Positions 31,915 to 43,100 of a stretch of DNA of 64,000 bases are shown piece by piece. The notes below the pieces were generated by a model that saw only the letters and a list, made by a program, of their open reading frames with translations, had not been told where the DNA came from and searched no databases. Source of the DNA: Methanotrichaceae archaeon (lineage in GTDB: Archaea > Halobacteriota > Methanosarcinia > Methanotrichales > Methanotrichaceae). Every line of letters begins with the position of its first letter. Position 1 is the stretch's first letter. The stretch covers positions 160,001-224,000 of the forward strand of contig CAVWIG010000017.1 in the NCBI GenBank assembly GCA_963754945.1, read 5' to 3'. The position numbers were made by a program, and so were the translations under genes.

Positions 31915-33821
31915 TGCCCAGGGCGACCTGGTCGACCAGGCCTGAGAGTTATCACGAAGGCGTAAAGCACGAATGGCTGGTGGCGAACGGATTGGGTGGT
32001 TACGCCTCCTCCACGGCCATATGCGCCAACACCAGAGCCTACCACGGCCTGCTTGTGGCGGCCATGAACCCACCTACGGATCGGCGACTTCTCCTTTCCT
32101 CGCTTGACGAAGAGCTGATAACAGATTGCAGATACCAGCTTGCAAATCACCAGTATCCCGGAACCGTTCATCCCCAGGGTTTTAGACACCTACTGGAGTT
32201 CAGCCTGGATCCACTTCCACATTTTACATACAAGGCTGGCAACACCAGGGTTGAAAAGACAGTGTTCATGGTCCATGGAGAGAATACCACAGTGACCCAA
32301 TACACTGCATCAGGATCCAGTGGCTCGATGAAGATCGTCCCTCTTGTAACCGACAGGAGCTTTCACGCCGCGTCTTTGCTCTCGGCCGTGCGCCAGGAAG
32401 AGGTGGACGGCGGAACACGCCTGATCTCGGAATGCGACCTTTTCCTTCTGTCCGATAAAGCCAGGTACGTCAAAAAAGAGGATGTGTACTACAACATCGA
32501 GTACGAGGCTGAGCGCCTTCGAGGCCTGCCATGGAGGGAGAACAGCTTTAATCCCGGTTACTTTGAAATCGAACTGGACGGGACGACCTCTTTCAGCATA
32601 ATGGCCTCCACTGATAGGCGTGCCATGCCGACGATCCAGAGATTGAAGATGGTTGAGCTGAACCGTCTGGTTGGGCTTGACAGCAAGCTCGAGCCGCAAT
32701 TGAGGAGACTTTCCAGTGCTGCGGATTCCTTCGTGGTGAAACGTAGGGACGGCAGGAGCATAATAGCCGGGTACCACTGGTTCGACGACTGGGGCAGAGA
32801 TGCCATGATCTCGATGCGGGGTCTTCTGCTGGTGACTGGTCGCTTCGATGATGCCAGATCCGTCCTCGAGACCTTTGCCGGAACCATGAAAGATGGTGTC
32901 TTGCCCAACGATCTGGGTGCGGGTTCTTACAATACGGTTGACGCTTCCCTGTGGTTCATACAGGCTGTGTTCAGCTATTTCAGCTATACCAAAGACAAGG
33001 AACTTGTCCGTCGGCTCTGGCAAAAGTTGCTGAGGGTCATAGAACGTTACTCTGGATCTAGTTCTTCTGTTCGTATGGACTCTGACTCGCTGATTATCTC
33101 CGGTCCTGCTCTCACATGGATGGATGCCAAAGTTGACGATCGGCCTGTAACCCCGCGTGCAGGCAAAGCGTGTGAGATCAATGCGCTCTGGTACAGCTCG
33201 CTAAGGATGATGGAGAGTCTCGCTCAGGTCATCGGCCTGCCCTGGGATGTCGATCTGGCTGAGAAGGTGAAGCAGGGCTACCAGAAGTTCTGGAACAGCG
33301 AGAATGGGTGTCTCTTTGACACGCTTAACCCAGAGGATGCATCGATACGCCCAAACCAGATAATAGCCGCTGCAGTTCCCGACCTTCTCCCTGATTTGAA
33401 AAGGAAGAGCGTGGTTGAGGTGGTAACCAGAGAGCTTCTGACGCCCTATGGATTGCGGACGCTGTCGCCTAGGGACCCTCGGTACTGCGGGAGGTACGAG
33501 GGAGGACCGCGCCAGAGAGACGAAGCATACCACCAGGGCACTGTCTGGCCCTGGCTGATTGGGCCCTACGTCGATGCCCTACTGTCCGTAAATGAGCATT
33601 CCACAGAGAGCAGAGGCAGAGCAAAGGAGATCCTAGAGACGCTGATTGACATAAAAGGTACGGGCGTTAACACCATCCCGGAGTTGTTTGATGGCGATGC
33701 ACCGCACCGACAAGGGGGCTGCATATCCCAGGCATGGTCTGTGGCTGAAGTGATGAGGGCCTGGTCGGAGAACGCCCTCGGAAAAGAGACTGAAAGCCAT
33801 CCGATATTATTTGAGGGCTAG
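31911..33821 (+). CDS. amylo-alpha-1,6-glucosidase (glycogen debranching enzyme)
   Basis: EWLVANGLGGYAS, IAGYHWFDDWGRD, TWMDAK, RPNQ, YHQGTVWPW, QAWSVAE. Confidence 0.93.
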   Translation: MMPRATWSTRPESYHEGVKHEWLVANGLGGYASSTAICANTRAYHGLLVAAMNPPTDRRLLLSSLDEELITDCRYQLANHQYPGTVHPQGFRHLLEFSLDPLPHFTYKAGNTRVEKTVFMVHGENTTVTQYTASGSSGSMKIVPLVTDRSFHAASLLSAVRQEEVDGGTRLISECDLFLLSDKARYVKKEDVYYNIEYEAERLRGLPWRENSFNPGYFEIELDGTTSFSIMASTDRRAMPTIQRLKMVELNRLVGLDSKLEPQLRRLSSAADSFVVKRRDGRSIIAGYHWFDDWGRDAMISMRGLLLVTGRFDDARSVLETFAGTMKDGVLPNDLGAGSYNTVDASLWFIQAVFSYFSYTKDKELVRRLWQKLLRVIERYSGSSSSVRMDSDSLIISGPALTWMDAKVDDRPVTPRAGKACEINALWYSSLRMMESLAQVIGLPWDVDLAEKVKQGYQKFWNSENGCLFDTLNPEDASIRPNQIIAAAVPDLLPDLKRKSVVEVVTRELLTPYGLRTLSPRDPRYCGRYEGGPRQRDEAYHQGTVWPWLIGPYVDALLSVNEHSTESRGRAKEILETLIDIKGTGVNTIPELFDGDAPHRQGGCISQAWSVAEVMRAWSENALGKETESHPILFEG

Positions 33822-34026
33822 ATCACGATTCTAGTAGAAGTGGCCGCATAATATACAAATGCCAAAGGGAATGCCAGCCCACGTGGACGCTCAGTTTGGA
33901 GCAGTGCGGACGATTCAAGGAAGCATGGAAGATGGCCGGATGTCTGGAGTTCGAGCGACTCCAGACCATCCGTTTACCTATTAAGCAGCCTCGCGATTAT
34001 ATTGCAGGACCATTTCGTAGCTCATC

Positions 34027-34950
34027 CTACTTCCCATGTTTGGAAGCTTTTACATCGGATTTGGCATTGCACAGTGGGCCTCGGATGTACACGTACCAAT
34101 AGAGGCAGGCCACGAATAGAACGGCACCTACGATATTTCCCAAGGTTACCGGGATTAGATTGGTTACAAAGAAGTTGTACCAACCGGTCGTTCCTACCAG
34201 ATTCGCTGTGGAGACCTTGGCGGTGACAAGGTTAGCCGCGATAGCCGGATCGTTGGCCACGAATATGCCAAGAGGTATGAAGAACATGTTGGCCACGCTG
34301 TGCTCGAACCCAATGGTAACGAAGGCCATTATTGGGAACCAGATGGCCAGGATTTTGCCAACGACATCATCTGCACTTATTGCCAGCCAAACCGCAAGGC
34401 AGACCAGCCAGTTGCAGCCTACTCCCCTGAGAAACGCCGTCATAGGGTCCAAGCCGCATTTGGTGTTGGCCACAGATGCCGCCCATCCAGCCCAAGGCAT
34501 CGCGTTGAAGAAACCGCACTTGTAGGCGAGGAAGAAGGCCAGAGATATTGAGCCAATAAAGTTTCCGATGTAAACCAAAGTCCAGTTTGCAGCCAGGCCT
34601 TTTAAAGTGCTTTCCTTATTAAGAACGCTTATTGGAGCAAACAGGCAGTTTCCCGTGAACAGCTCGGACCCGGCGATCACTACCAGCATGAGCCCTACCG
34701 GGAATACAGCGCCAGCGGCAAACTTAACCAGGCCGGCAGGTAGAGCAATCTTCCAGATGTTCCCATCTGCGGCGGTAATGGTGCCGTTGGATAGGCCTCC
34801 GGCCACTATCTCGCTCAACAACGCCCCAAAGGCGATGTACGCCCCTGCAAGAAAACCCAAGATAATCAGTTTCTGCCAAGTAATAGAGCATTTCGTACAT
34901 CCCGAGGAGATCGCAGCCTTCGCGATCTCGGCAGGTACTTTAAACGTCAT
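34027..34950 (-). CDS. formate/nitrite transporter family channel (FdhC-like)
   Basis: LAGAYIAFG, GSELFTGN, GNFIG, CNWLVCLA, FEHSVANM, LGNIVG. Confidence 0.93.
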   Translation of the reverse strand: MTFKVPAEIAKAAISSGCTKCSITWQKLIILGFLAGAYIAFGALLSEIVAGGLSNGTITAADGNIWKIALPAGLVKFAAGAVFPVGLMLVVIAGSELFTGNCLFAPISVLNKESTLKGLAANWTLVYIGNFIGSISLAFFLAYKCGFFNAMPWAGWAASVANTKCGLDPMTAFLRGVGCNWLVCLAVWLAISADDVVGKILAIWFPIMAFVTIGFEHSVANMFFIPLGIFVANDPAIAANLVTAKVSTANLVGTTGWYNFFVTNLIPVTLGNIVGAVLFVACLYWYVYIRGPLCNAKSDVKASKHGK

Positions 34951-35274
34951 ATCACACCCTCCTTATAATGCACAGGATTGCTGACCACTCCGGCGATGAA
35001 TCCATCTGAAATCAGCGACGAATGGCAGCATATGAAATGAGGTAGAAGGCTACCGGCAGATGATATTTATACTTATCCAATGGATAGAATTATAAGATAT
35101 ATTAGTTCTAAATGACTTTGTGGTTGATGCATTATCTTCACAGTACAGAGATTGTGCATCTCATAAGTACTATATTTATAATATTATCATTGAGTGCAGC
35201 GCCTTTTGCCACTGAGTGTTGCAATAAAATACAAGTGACTTCATCCGAAGTATCTGCATCCCTGCACATCTCTC

Positions 35275-35440
35275 CGTGTCGGTGCGCTTCTAGAAGGCCG
35301 CTTTGATCTTCACGTGCTGCTCTGGCGGGATGTCTGGGGCAGTTTCAGTAGCAGGTCCCTTCATATGCTGTGGAATTACAGATATCTCTCCTGTACAGAA
35401 CCCTTCTTGCGACTTCTGTCATCGGTCAATGGTTGTAGAT
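35275..35440 (-). pseudogene. decayed fragment resembling class II ribonucleotide reductase
   Basis: Across frameshifts reads MTEVARR/GSVQ/ISVIPQHMK/TAPDIPPEQHVKIKAAF*KRTD, similar to the TAxDIxPxxHVxxQAAFQxxTD segment of NrdJ. Confidence 0.45.
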
Positions 35441-35613
35441 TCTCTTATTCAGATTTTACCCAAACAAGACTAGTGAGGGGCCAAAAAGCCTAGTATCATC
35501 AATTCCTGCATTCATAGCTACTTTTAAGTTCTTAGCCACCATTATCTTCTTTAGATCAATAAGCGAAGGAGATTTATCCTCGATAAATTGCGATAATCTT
35601 GGAGCCATCTTCG

Positions 35614-35748
35614 ATGAGCGATGAAGAAAAAGAGCAGACGATCCGGGAAGAGGACGAGCAAGGAAATATTATAGCCTATCCATCCTGGACCAAGAAGAAT
35701 GCGCCTAAAGACAAGCAGGACAAGTGGGAAGTTCCGATTTATCTCTAA
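35614..35748 (+). CDS. putative small protein (44 aa)
   Basis: MSDEEKEQTIREEDEQGNIIAYPSWTKKNAPKDKQDKWEVPIYL*, preceded by GGAG. Confidence 0.4.
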   Translation: MSDEEKEQTIREEDEQGNIIAYPSWTKKNAPKDKQDKWEVPIYL

Positions 35749-35946
35749 AATATCTTGGATCCATAATAAACAAAGCTTAACACTCGAATCCAATCGACAC
35801 ATTGTCGACGTGGAATTAAGTTCGAGCAGTGATCAGGATCTGTCGTACTGCCACGATCTATGGATAGTGCCTTGTCTTGGTTAAGATTCCCTTTAAAGCC
35901 AAATGTAGATATTTTTGGCCGGTAGTATATTGATAAAGGTTCAAGA

Positions 35947-37125
35947 ATGAATCGAAACGAAACCGATAAGCTTGTCCAAGAAATCATGCTGGACTACGCC
36001 AGTCTTACGGGACTCGCACCCGCCGATCCCCATCCCAGACGCTATCTATGGACGGATGCGTTCGCAGTATGCAACTACCTTGAACTCTTTCGCCGGACTA
36101 ATGACGAAACCTATCGGGATCTCGCGTTAGCCTTGGTCAACCAGGTGCATCACACTCTCGGTCGGCATCGCGACGATGACCCTAGAAGCGGCTGGATCAG
36201 CGGCCTGGATGAGCAAGGGGGAGAGCTGCACCCTACCAGAAGGGGCCTGCGTATCGGAAAAAAGCTGAACGAACGTAAGTCCAACGAGCCGCCCAATGAG
36301 CGTCTGGAATGGGACCAGGACGGTCAGTACTACCACTACCTTACAAAGTGGATGCACGCGCTCAACCGTGTGAGCCGGGTCACAGGAGATCCGACCTATA
36401 CTGGGTGGGCAATAGAGTTAGCGTGGGCGGCGCACGCGCGGTTCACGTATGCTCCCCCGACCGGCGGCCGGAAGAGGATGTACTGGAAGATGAACATCGA
36501 TCTCACCTATCCATCGGTTCCCTCGATGGGCCAGCACGATCCCCTCGACGGCTTTGTCACCTACAATGAGCTTCAGGCGGCTGCCCGGCAATTCAGCGAA
36601 TCGTCGCTGCCCGACCTGAATCATGAGATTGCCGACATGGCCGAAATCTGTCGTAGCATGGGCACGAACTTGGCAACAGACGATCCGCTAGGCATCGGCG
36701 GCCTTCTCTTCGATGCATCACGGATTGCACAATTGATGATACAGAGTGGTCTTAAGTACGAGAATCTGCTGGAGAACGTTGTGAATTCGGCGGTGCTCGG
36801 TCTGGAGTATTTTGTGAGGAACAATCAACTGGAGTACCCCGCAGAGTACCGCCTGGCTTTTCGTGAGCTTGGGCTGTCCATTGGTCTCTCGGCGGTTGAA
36901 AACCTGCAAAAAGGGATTGAGGAGAATCCGGGAGTGTTCAGCCGAGAGAGTCGCTTACACAGTCTTGCCGATGAACTCATGGGGTATTTGCCTCTAGGAA
37001 AAACAATCGAACAGTTCTGGATGGATGAAAGGAACAGACAAGCAAACACCTGGATCGAGCACCGTGAAATAAATATGACTATGCTCGCCACCAGTCTCGC
37101 TTCCGACGAATTTCTGATGATCTGA
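35947..37125 (+). CDS. conserved hypothetical protein (possible alpha/alpha-barrel glycosidase-like fold)
   Basis: 392-aa ORF with RRYLWTDAFAV, DGQYYHYLTKWMHAL, MYWKM, SMGQHDPLDG, RLAFRELG. Confidence 0.8.
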   Translation: MNRNETDKLVQEIMLDYASLTGLAPADPHPRRYLWTDAFAVCNYLELFRRTNDETYRDLALALVNQVHHTLGRHRDDDPRSGWISGLDEQGGELHPTRRGLRIGKKLNERKSNEPPNERLEWDQDGQYYHYLTKWMHALNRVSRVTGDPTYTGWAIELAWAAHARFTYAPPTGGRKRMYWKMNIDLTYPSVPSMGQHDPLDGFVTYNELQAAARQFSESSLPDLNHEIADMAEICRSMGTNLATDDPLGIGGLLFDASRIAQLMIQSGLKYENLLENVVNSAVLGLEYFVRNNQLEYPAEYRLAFRELGLSIGLSAVENLQKGIEENPGVFSRESRLHSLADELMGYLPLGKTIEQFWMDERNRQANTWIEHREINMTMLATSLASDEFLMI

Positions 37126-37702
37126 TCCATCAAATGGAATCAGAGCTGATCCATAGTGGCCCTGGAAGGAGCCGAAGATGGTATTGAAGCTGCACTCTTC
37201 GACCTTGAACCGGCTTTCCAGGGCTTGAATCATCTCCCAATGCGCACGAGGATCTTTAAGGTGCATGTAGACCAAAAGGGAGGATAGGCGGAGCTGATCC
37301 TTTCAAGTCCTTGTCGCAGCTCCAGAGTTCCATGTTGCCCATCCCTCAGCTCCTCTGGGACGACTCGATACTCCTGAAAAGAATCTACTGCTTTCGGACG
37401 TGGGCCACGTCAACACCTGGCTCGTTGGGGATGCGTATTCTGGGGCCGAGCGGGACAAATCTCGCGCGTTCACCTTTACGATAGTTCAATCTGCAGCGAT
37501 GATCATCTGCCCCTGGGCCAGGGGAGCATAGTTCGACCCAGTTCTGGAGATAATTCAACCAAAGGATCAGTGCTGTGTTGGAGACAAGTCTGGTCCGGCT
37601 GTTTGGATACCCGCATGTGTTCCAGAGAGTCACTATACAGAGTGTCACGCCTCCGTAAGGCTGCGAAGGTCCCGAGTTGCGAATCACTATATCACCTAGC
37701 TA

Positions 37703-39682
37703 TCATCGTTGAGAAGCAGAATTCACACCAAGGGGCAGAGTAAAGCATATGGTGCACCCCTTGCCTAGCTCCGACTCTATCCAGATACGGCTGCCGTGGA
37801 CCTCTATGATCTTCTTCACAATGGCCAGGCCAGCTCCGCTGCCTTCGCTCTTTTTGTCAACTTTGTAAAATAACTCGAAGACCTTTTCATGCTGGCCGGG
37901 ATCGATGCCTATTCCGTTGTCTCGGATAAAAAAGATTTTATCGTTTCCCTCGATTCGTTGCCCGATTTCTATTTCTGGATTGTCTTGAGACCCTATGTAC
38001 TTTATGCTGTTTTCTATGAGATTGGACAGAACCTCGGCGATCCTCATTCGGTCTACATTAACGACAGGCAAGTTTCGAGCAACAGATATCTTGAACCCCT
38101 TGGATCTTATTTTCTCGCTAATCTGTCCGAGGGCATCCTCGACGATCTCTTCGAAGAGTTCATCTTCAGGCGGGTTAACTACTCGGCCGATCCGGCTGAG
38201 TTCCAAGGTCTCCAGGAGAAGCCGGTCCATCTTCGTAACGGCATCATTTGCTATATGAAGATCTTCCTCCACCCGTTTGAGGTCTCCCTTCTCTAAATCC
38301 TTCTTGAGGAATCCCAAGAAACCGCTCATGCTTACCAAGGGAGTTCTCAGGTCGTGAGAGACTGTGTAGATGAATCGCTCCATCTCTGTATTCTTAGCTT
38401 CAAGCTCTGCGGTTCTCTCTATAACTCTCTTCTCACACTCATCTCTTGACCTGAGCAGGTCCTCCTCCATTCGCTTGCGCTCGGTGATGTCACGAAAAGT
38501 CCATCTTCGACCGTAATACTCGCCATCTCGACCGATCACCGGCGAAGAATAGCAATCCATAACCAATCCATCTTTGGACTCGATTTCATCTCGGCTGGTC
38601 TCATCCTGACGATAATAAAGGTTCATGACTTTTTCACGGAATTTGTCTGGGTTCTTGACCAGGCCTACCACGTACTCAAGAAGTGCTTTGTCATTCTCCT
38701 GATCGATAATTGATTGAGGCACATTCCACAGAGCCAGAAGTCGCTGGTTGGTAATGATTCGTTTTCCTTGTTCGTCCACCACCAGAATTCCATCCAAAGA
38801 TGATTCGACTTGAGCTTCCAGCTGAGCTGCATGCCATCTCAGTTCCTCCTCTGCTTGCTTGCGTTCGGTGATATCACTTGTAGTGCCAAAGGCCGTGACT
38901 CGACCATCTGACTGGGAATAAGCTGAACCCCTGGAACGAACCCAAATCGTGGTGCCATCGGCCTTTTGAAAGCGGTATTCTGCAGCTATATCCCTCGAAA
39001 GCGTCCTTATCCCGTTGGAAAGCACCTCCTGTACACCCGGCAAGTCGTCTGGATGGATGTAAGAAAAGTATTTTTCAAAGCTATTGCCGATAGTGCCTTC
39101 AGGCAAACCTAGTATCCTTTCCGCAACAGGCGATATGTAGGAGTCAATGTTCTCTCCCTGGGCATTGACATCATACCGCCAGGCGATATCCGAAATCATC
39201 GAAACTACGTTCTTGTACCGGGCTTTGCTGGTTTCTGAGGCTTGCTGGGCTTCTCGCAAAGCCTCCTCTGCTCGCTTGCGTTCAGTTATGTCTCGCAGTG
39301 AGGCGATAACTCCTATGATCTTGCCGCAAGCATTCCAATGAGGTGCATAAGTTCCCACCACCCACCCTTTCTTATCTGTGAAAGGACTGTAGAATTGTAT
39401 GTCAGGCGAAGTGACCGTTTCCCCGTTCAACGCGACCTTTAGTAGTTGGTCTATACCCTGCTCATGTAAGTATGGAAATAGGTCCAACGCATTCCGGCCA
39501 AGTACATCCTCAGCTAGGGCCCCTGTCATGCGTTCCATGAACCGGTTCCAGACTACGTATCGCAGGTTCCGATCGTAAACTATTATCCCTTCACCAGCCT
39601 GGGAGACGATTTCAACATTGAATTGATTTGCATCTCGCAGCGCCTCTTCCGTCTGATTGCGCCCGATGATGTCATCTGCCAT
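37703..39682 (-). CDS. PAS-domain sensor histidine kinase
   Basis: Three PAS/PAC units ending DITERK; H-box SHDLRTPL, N-box, DNGIG, GAGLA. Confidence 0.93.
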   Translation of the reverse strand: MADDIIGRNQTEEALRDANQFNVEIVSQAGEGIIVYDRNLRYVVWNRFMERMTGALAEDVLGRNALDLFPYLHEQGIDQLLKVALNGETVTSPDIQFYSPFTDKKGWVVGTYAPHWNACGKIIGVIASLRDITERKRAEEALREAQQASETSKARYKNVVSMISDIAWRYDVNAQGENIDSYISPVAERILGLPEGTIGNSFEKYFSYIHPDDLPGVQEVLSNGIRTLSRDIAAEYRFQKADGTTIWVRSRGSAYSQSDGRVTAFGTTSDITERKQAEEELRWHAAQLEAQVESSLDGILVVDEQGKRIITNQRLLALWNVPQSIIDQENDKALLEYVVGLVKNPDKFREKVMNLYYRQDETSRDEIESKDGLVMDCYSSPVIGRDGEYYGRRWTFRDITERKRMEEDLLRSRDECEKRVIERTAELEAKNTEMERFIYTVSHDLRTPLVSMSGFLGFLKKDLEKGDLKRVEEDLHIANDAVTKMDRLLLETLELSRIGRVVNPPEDELFEEIVEDALGQISEKIRSKGFKISVARNLPVVNVDRMRIAEVLSNLIENSIKYIGSQDNPEIEIGQRIEGNDKIFFIRDNGIGIDPGQHEKVFELFYKVDKKSEGSGAGLAIVKKIIEVHGSRIWIESELGKGCTICFTLPLGVNSASQR

Positions 39683-41771
39683 AATTCCTCCTTATTACAG
39701 TTCAGAAAGATATATCTATAGAAATCTATCGGAAGGTTCTATCAGCACCTTTTATCTCTTGTCTTCTACAAGGTAAGCACACGTAGGCTATTGCAAGCTC
39801 CCATTGAGCAGTCCATTTCGGAATCATGGCTATTCCTGTCCATATCCTATCTGGCAGACTTGGAGGGGAAACTGCTACTCGGCCGAATATGCATGGAGTC
39901 ACACTCACGTATCCAGGTTGTCTGGCTCTTTTGCGGTCTCGAATGAGCCTTGAAACAAGCATCATGTTAGCTCTTGGCCCCCGAATCGAAGTAGATACTC
40001 TGTCGGAATTTCTGGTCATATCCTTATCTGAATGATCATGAGCTAAGAATGGTAAGCCTGATCTACGAGTCATGGAACCGGCGGTTAAGATTTCCCAGGA
40101 TTTTTATTTATTTGTCGTACTTTGCTAAAGTTCGATTTCTTCGCCACCATCTCATTTCTTCCAGCTCGCGTTCTCGTTTCCGTTTGGCTATTGTGTCATG
40201 ATTCGAGACCATATCTGTGCCTCACGATTAAGAAGAGGGATGATTAGGAACACCGCTAAGAGGCCAAGCTTATCGGTGTTCATGAGATGCCGAGATCTTC
40301 TTTTGGAGTTTTTTGCGGTATGTTATGGCCTAATCCGATGATGACCGCGCAGGATATATTCATTTTCCAAATACAACAAGACTGATCAGTAATCTATTGT
40401 AACCATTTTCAACAAGCTTATATCATCGAGCTAGAACAATACTCCAGGGAGAGGCCCAAATCCATCCTTGCTTTAACTGCACATCTCTCCCCTCCTGCGA
40501 TTCATTTCTTTGAGCTACATCAATTTATATAGATAGTTTTCCTAACAATGCCTCCTGTATTTCGTAGGTTTGCTATCATGTTCCAACTGTATCTCTGATG
40601 CAGGATTTGCAGCAGCTAAAGCAATTGATGTATAAAAAAAGAGAGCGTTGCATTTTGGTCACCACATAGAATGTCGCCGCCATTAAGCCCGCTAGAATCC
40701 GAAGAACAGCGGCGAATATAAATCAGGCGGGTCATCTTGGAGGAAAAGGGTGGTGGTCACAGGCGCGATACAGATATAGAAATCTGTCTCGTCTATTGTC
40801 TCACCTCATTAATATAACAGGAGTTGTTGCTATTTCAACTTCATCCTCATCCCAGGAGACAATATTCTATTGGCAGCAAACCCAATAATATAGTATATTT
40901 GCGCAATGTGAATATAATCCATCGATCATTGAATTGTCTCGGAGATATCCGTCGTCTCCAAATGAGGCAAGCACCATTTCAGCATCACTCACCAAGGGGA
41001 TCTCTCTGCTTGCCTCTTGTTTCATAATTATAAACCGATGATCGGGAGTCGGGCCAATCATCCGGCCTAATTGAGTAAAGGCTTTCTCAGGCGAACATCC
41101 CAATGCGCTCAGTCACCTGACGCTACAACTAAGGGACCCCGACGTCCTGTACGATCACTGTGAATAAATGTGCAGATAGTAGCAATGAGCTACCTTGCGG
41201 CTCTTAAACAGGCTTTAGCTCTCTGAGGACGTAGTCTCTCTCCTGGGACTCAATCTTCCATCTGGTCGTCCTGAGCAGCCCCATGCTCATGAAGAATGGA
41301 AGGGCCTGGGTAACCCTCGTGAAATTCGTTCTCGCTATGGCTGTAGTGCCAGAGGAATGGCCTATATTGGTTCGGTCCTCTCTGCGCCCTTTTCATTCCA
41401 TCCGAAGAACTTCTTCAGCTCCGCAGCAACAACTCCGAGATCGTGAACGGGATTTGCTTGCTCCCAGGCACCCTCGAAGTCGAAAGGCAATCGCACGAAA
41501 AATGAGAAGAAATTTTATCAAAGGAAATCCATCAAAACCTACGGATATCCAATATTCTGTGCCACATAGAGGACATGTATATTCTACAAAACTGTCACAA
41601 AGTTTACTCACAAATTTATTGTTTTATCAATATTTAAAATATAATTTATTATTATTCATAGATTCCTACTCGTCACATCTGTCTTGAAGAAAGTTTTTTA
41701 TAGAAGTATGTTACATTAATATTAGTTCTGACTTAATATAAGTATCTTTGATACTGATCTAAGTCGGGCAT

Positions 41772-42209
41772 ATGGGAGTTAAAAAAATGGATAGAAGTCT
41801 TAGGCTTGAAGCGATCAAGAATACCGCTACGTTGAAGGCTGCTCTCGATGAACAAAACAAGTCGTTCACTCCAATTGGGGCGGGTACAAATAAAGGAAGC
41901 CTCGAAAATGGAGTACTTGCTCCCTCGACGAATCAGCAATCGATCATCGTTGATGGCAAAGCAGGAACGGTTGGCGTAATCCCCGGTATCGAGAACATAT
42001 GGTTAATCGTCAGCCCGGGAATTTTTTACGATTTCACCGTTTGGGTTCGCGGTGCGTGTCCTAAAGGAAAATGGGATAACCATATGACATTCACGGATCG
42101 ATCGGGAGATACATATCATTTGAGGATATATGATACGACCTTAAAGGACCACTATGTGAACTACCACAGTCCAGATGGAGCCATCACAAGGATAACATGG
42201 GATATTTAA
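41772..42209 (+). CDS. hypothetical protein
   Basis: 145-aa ORF in AT-rich flanks; no family recognised. Confidence 0.6.
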   Translation: MGVKKMDRSLRLEAIKNTATLKAALDEQNKSFTPIGAGTNKGSLENGVLAPSTNQQSIIVDGKAGTVGVIPGIENIWLIVSPGIFYDFTVWVRGACPKGKWDNHMTFTDRSGDTYHLRIYDTTLKDHYVNYHSPDGAITRITWDI

Positions 42210-43100
42210 ATTTTCATTAAAACGATCCGACGATAATCATTCTTATTTTTTGTAAGGCTATCTATGGGATTTGGCTGAACTATTAAAGAATTAGATTGAG
42301 GCAAAATAATCAGATATTTAGCTCTTAACCGACTCTTGGAGATTAAGAAAGAATAAGAGTGCACGGTAAACTTGAAAAGCCATCGACACATTTATAGTCG
42401 TTAACCAACTATATAATTATACCTAATTTCAATGCCAAGAATACTTCTATCCAATTTGCAGCAAAACTAAGTTTGATGAGAACTTGTAAAATTTCTCTCA
42501 ATCAGATTTTCAAATGATCCACATTACGAATAAATTTGCATGAAACGACTCTCTTAAATGCTATCTCAGATGAATTCAATCGGGTCAAATTGGGCGAATA
42601 AGGTGGTAGAAAATTTAATTAATTTCCATAATCTCAGCATGTCGCCTAGCAATTTCGCCTTGTGGGACGGAAAATCTATCCAGGAACCCCTTAGCATTGT
42701 CCTCTGTCATGGCCGGCCTTACCAATCTTTGACTGCTATTCTCGCCGACTTTATGAAATCATTCCTTCCAGTGGAGTAAAGGATAATAGAGTAGTTCAAA
42801 AGCCCCCGTCAAGCTTCTCCCCTAAGACCAACACAATATCCAGTGCCAATCTCGGAAGCAGTCCTTTCGGGGGTCCACTCCCACTTGTGGCATATCTAAT
42901 CACGTAGGGTATATCCAATCCTGGAGCTAACGGAAGCCTTTGCTTCATATGAGCCCTGCACAGCGGAAGCTTAGGCACATCTCCTTGAATAGTTCATCTC
43001 ATGCACAGACCATGGGAGTGTTTCGGGAATGCCTAAGCACGAAGTACTTGGCAGCATATCACTATTACTACAAGTATTCTTAGTCCGACTATCCCTAGCC

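Noticed and set aside
37140-37690. Possible decayed gene downstream of the histidine kinase
   Set aside because: Short ORFs in several frames with no family I can recognise
39726-40073. Possible IS5 transposase remnant (DKGYD-like and NSHDS-like words)
   Set aside because: Needs frameshifts, motif order is inconsistent and no termini were found
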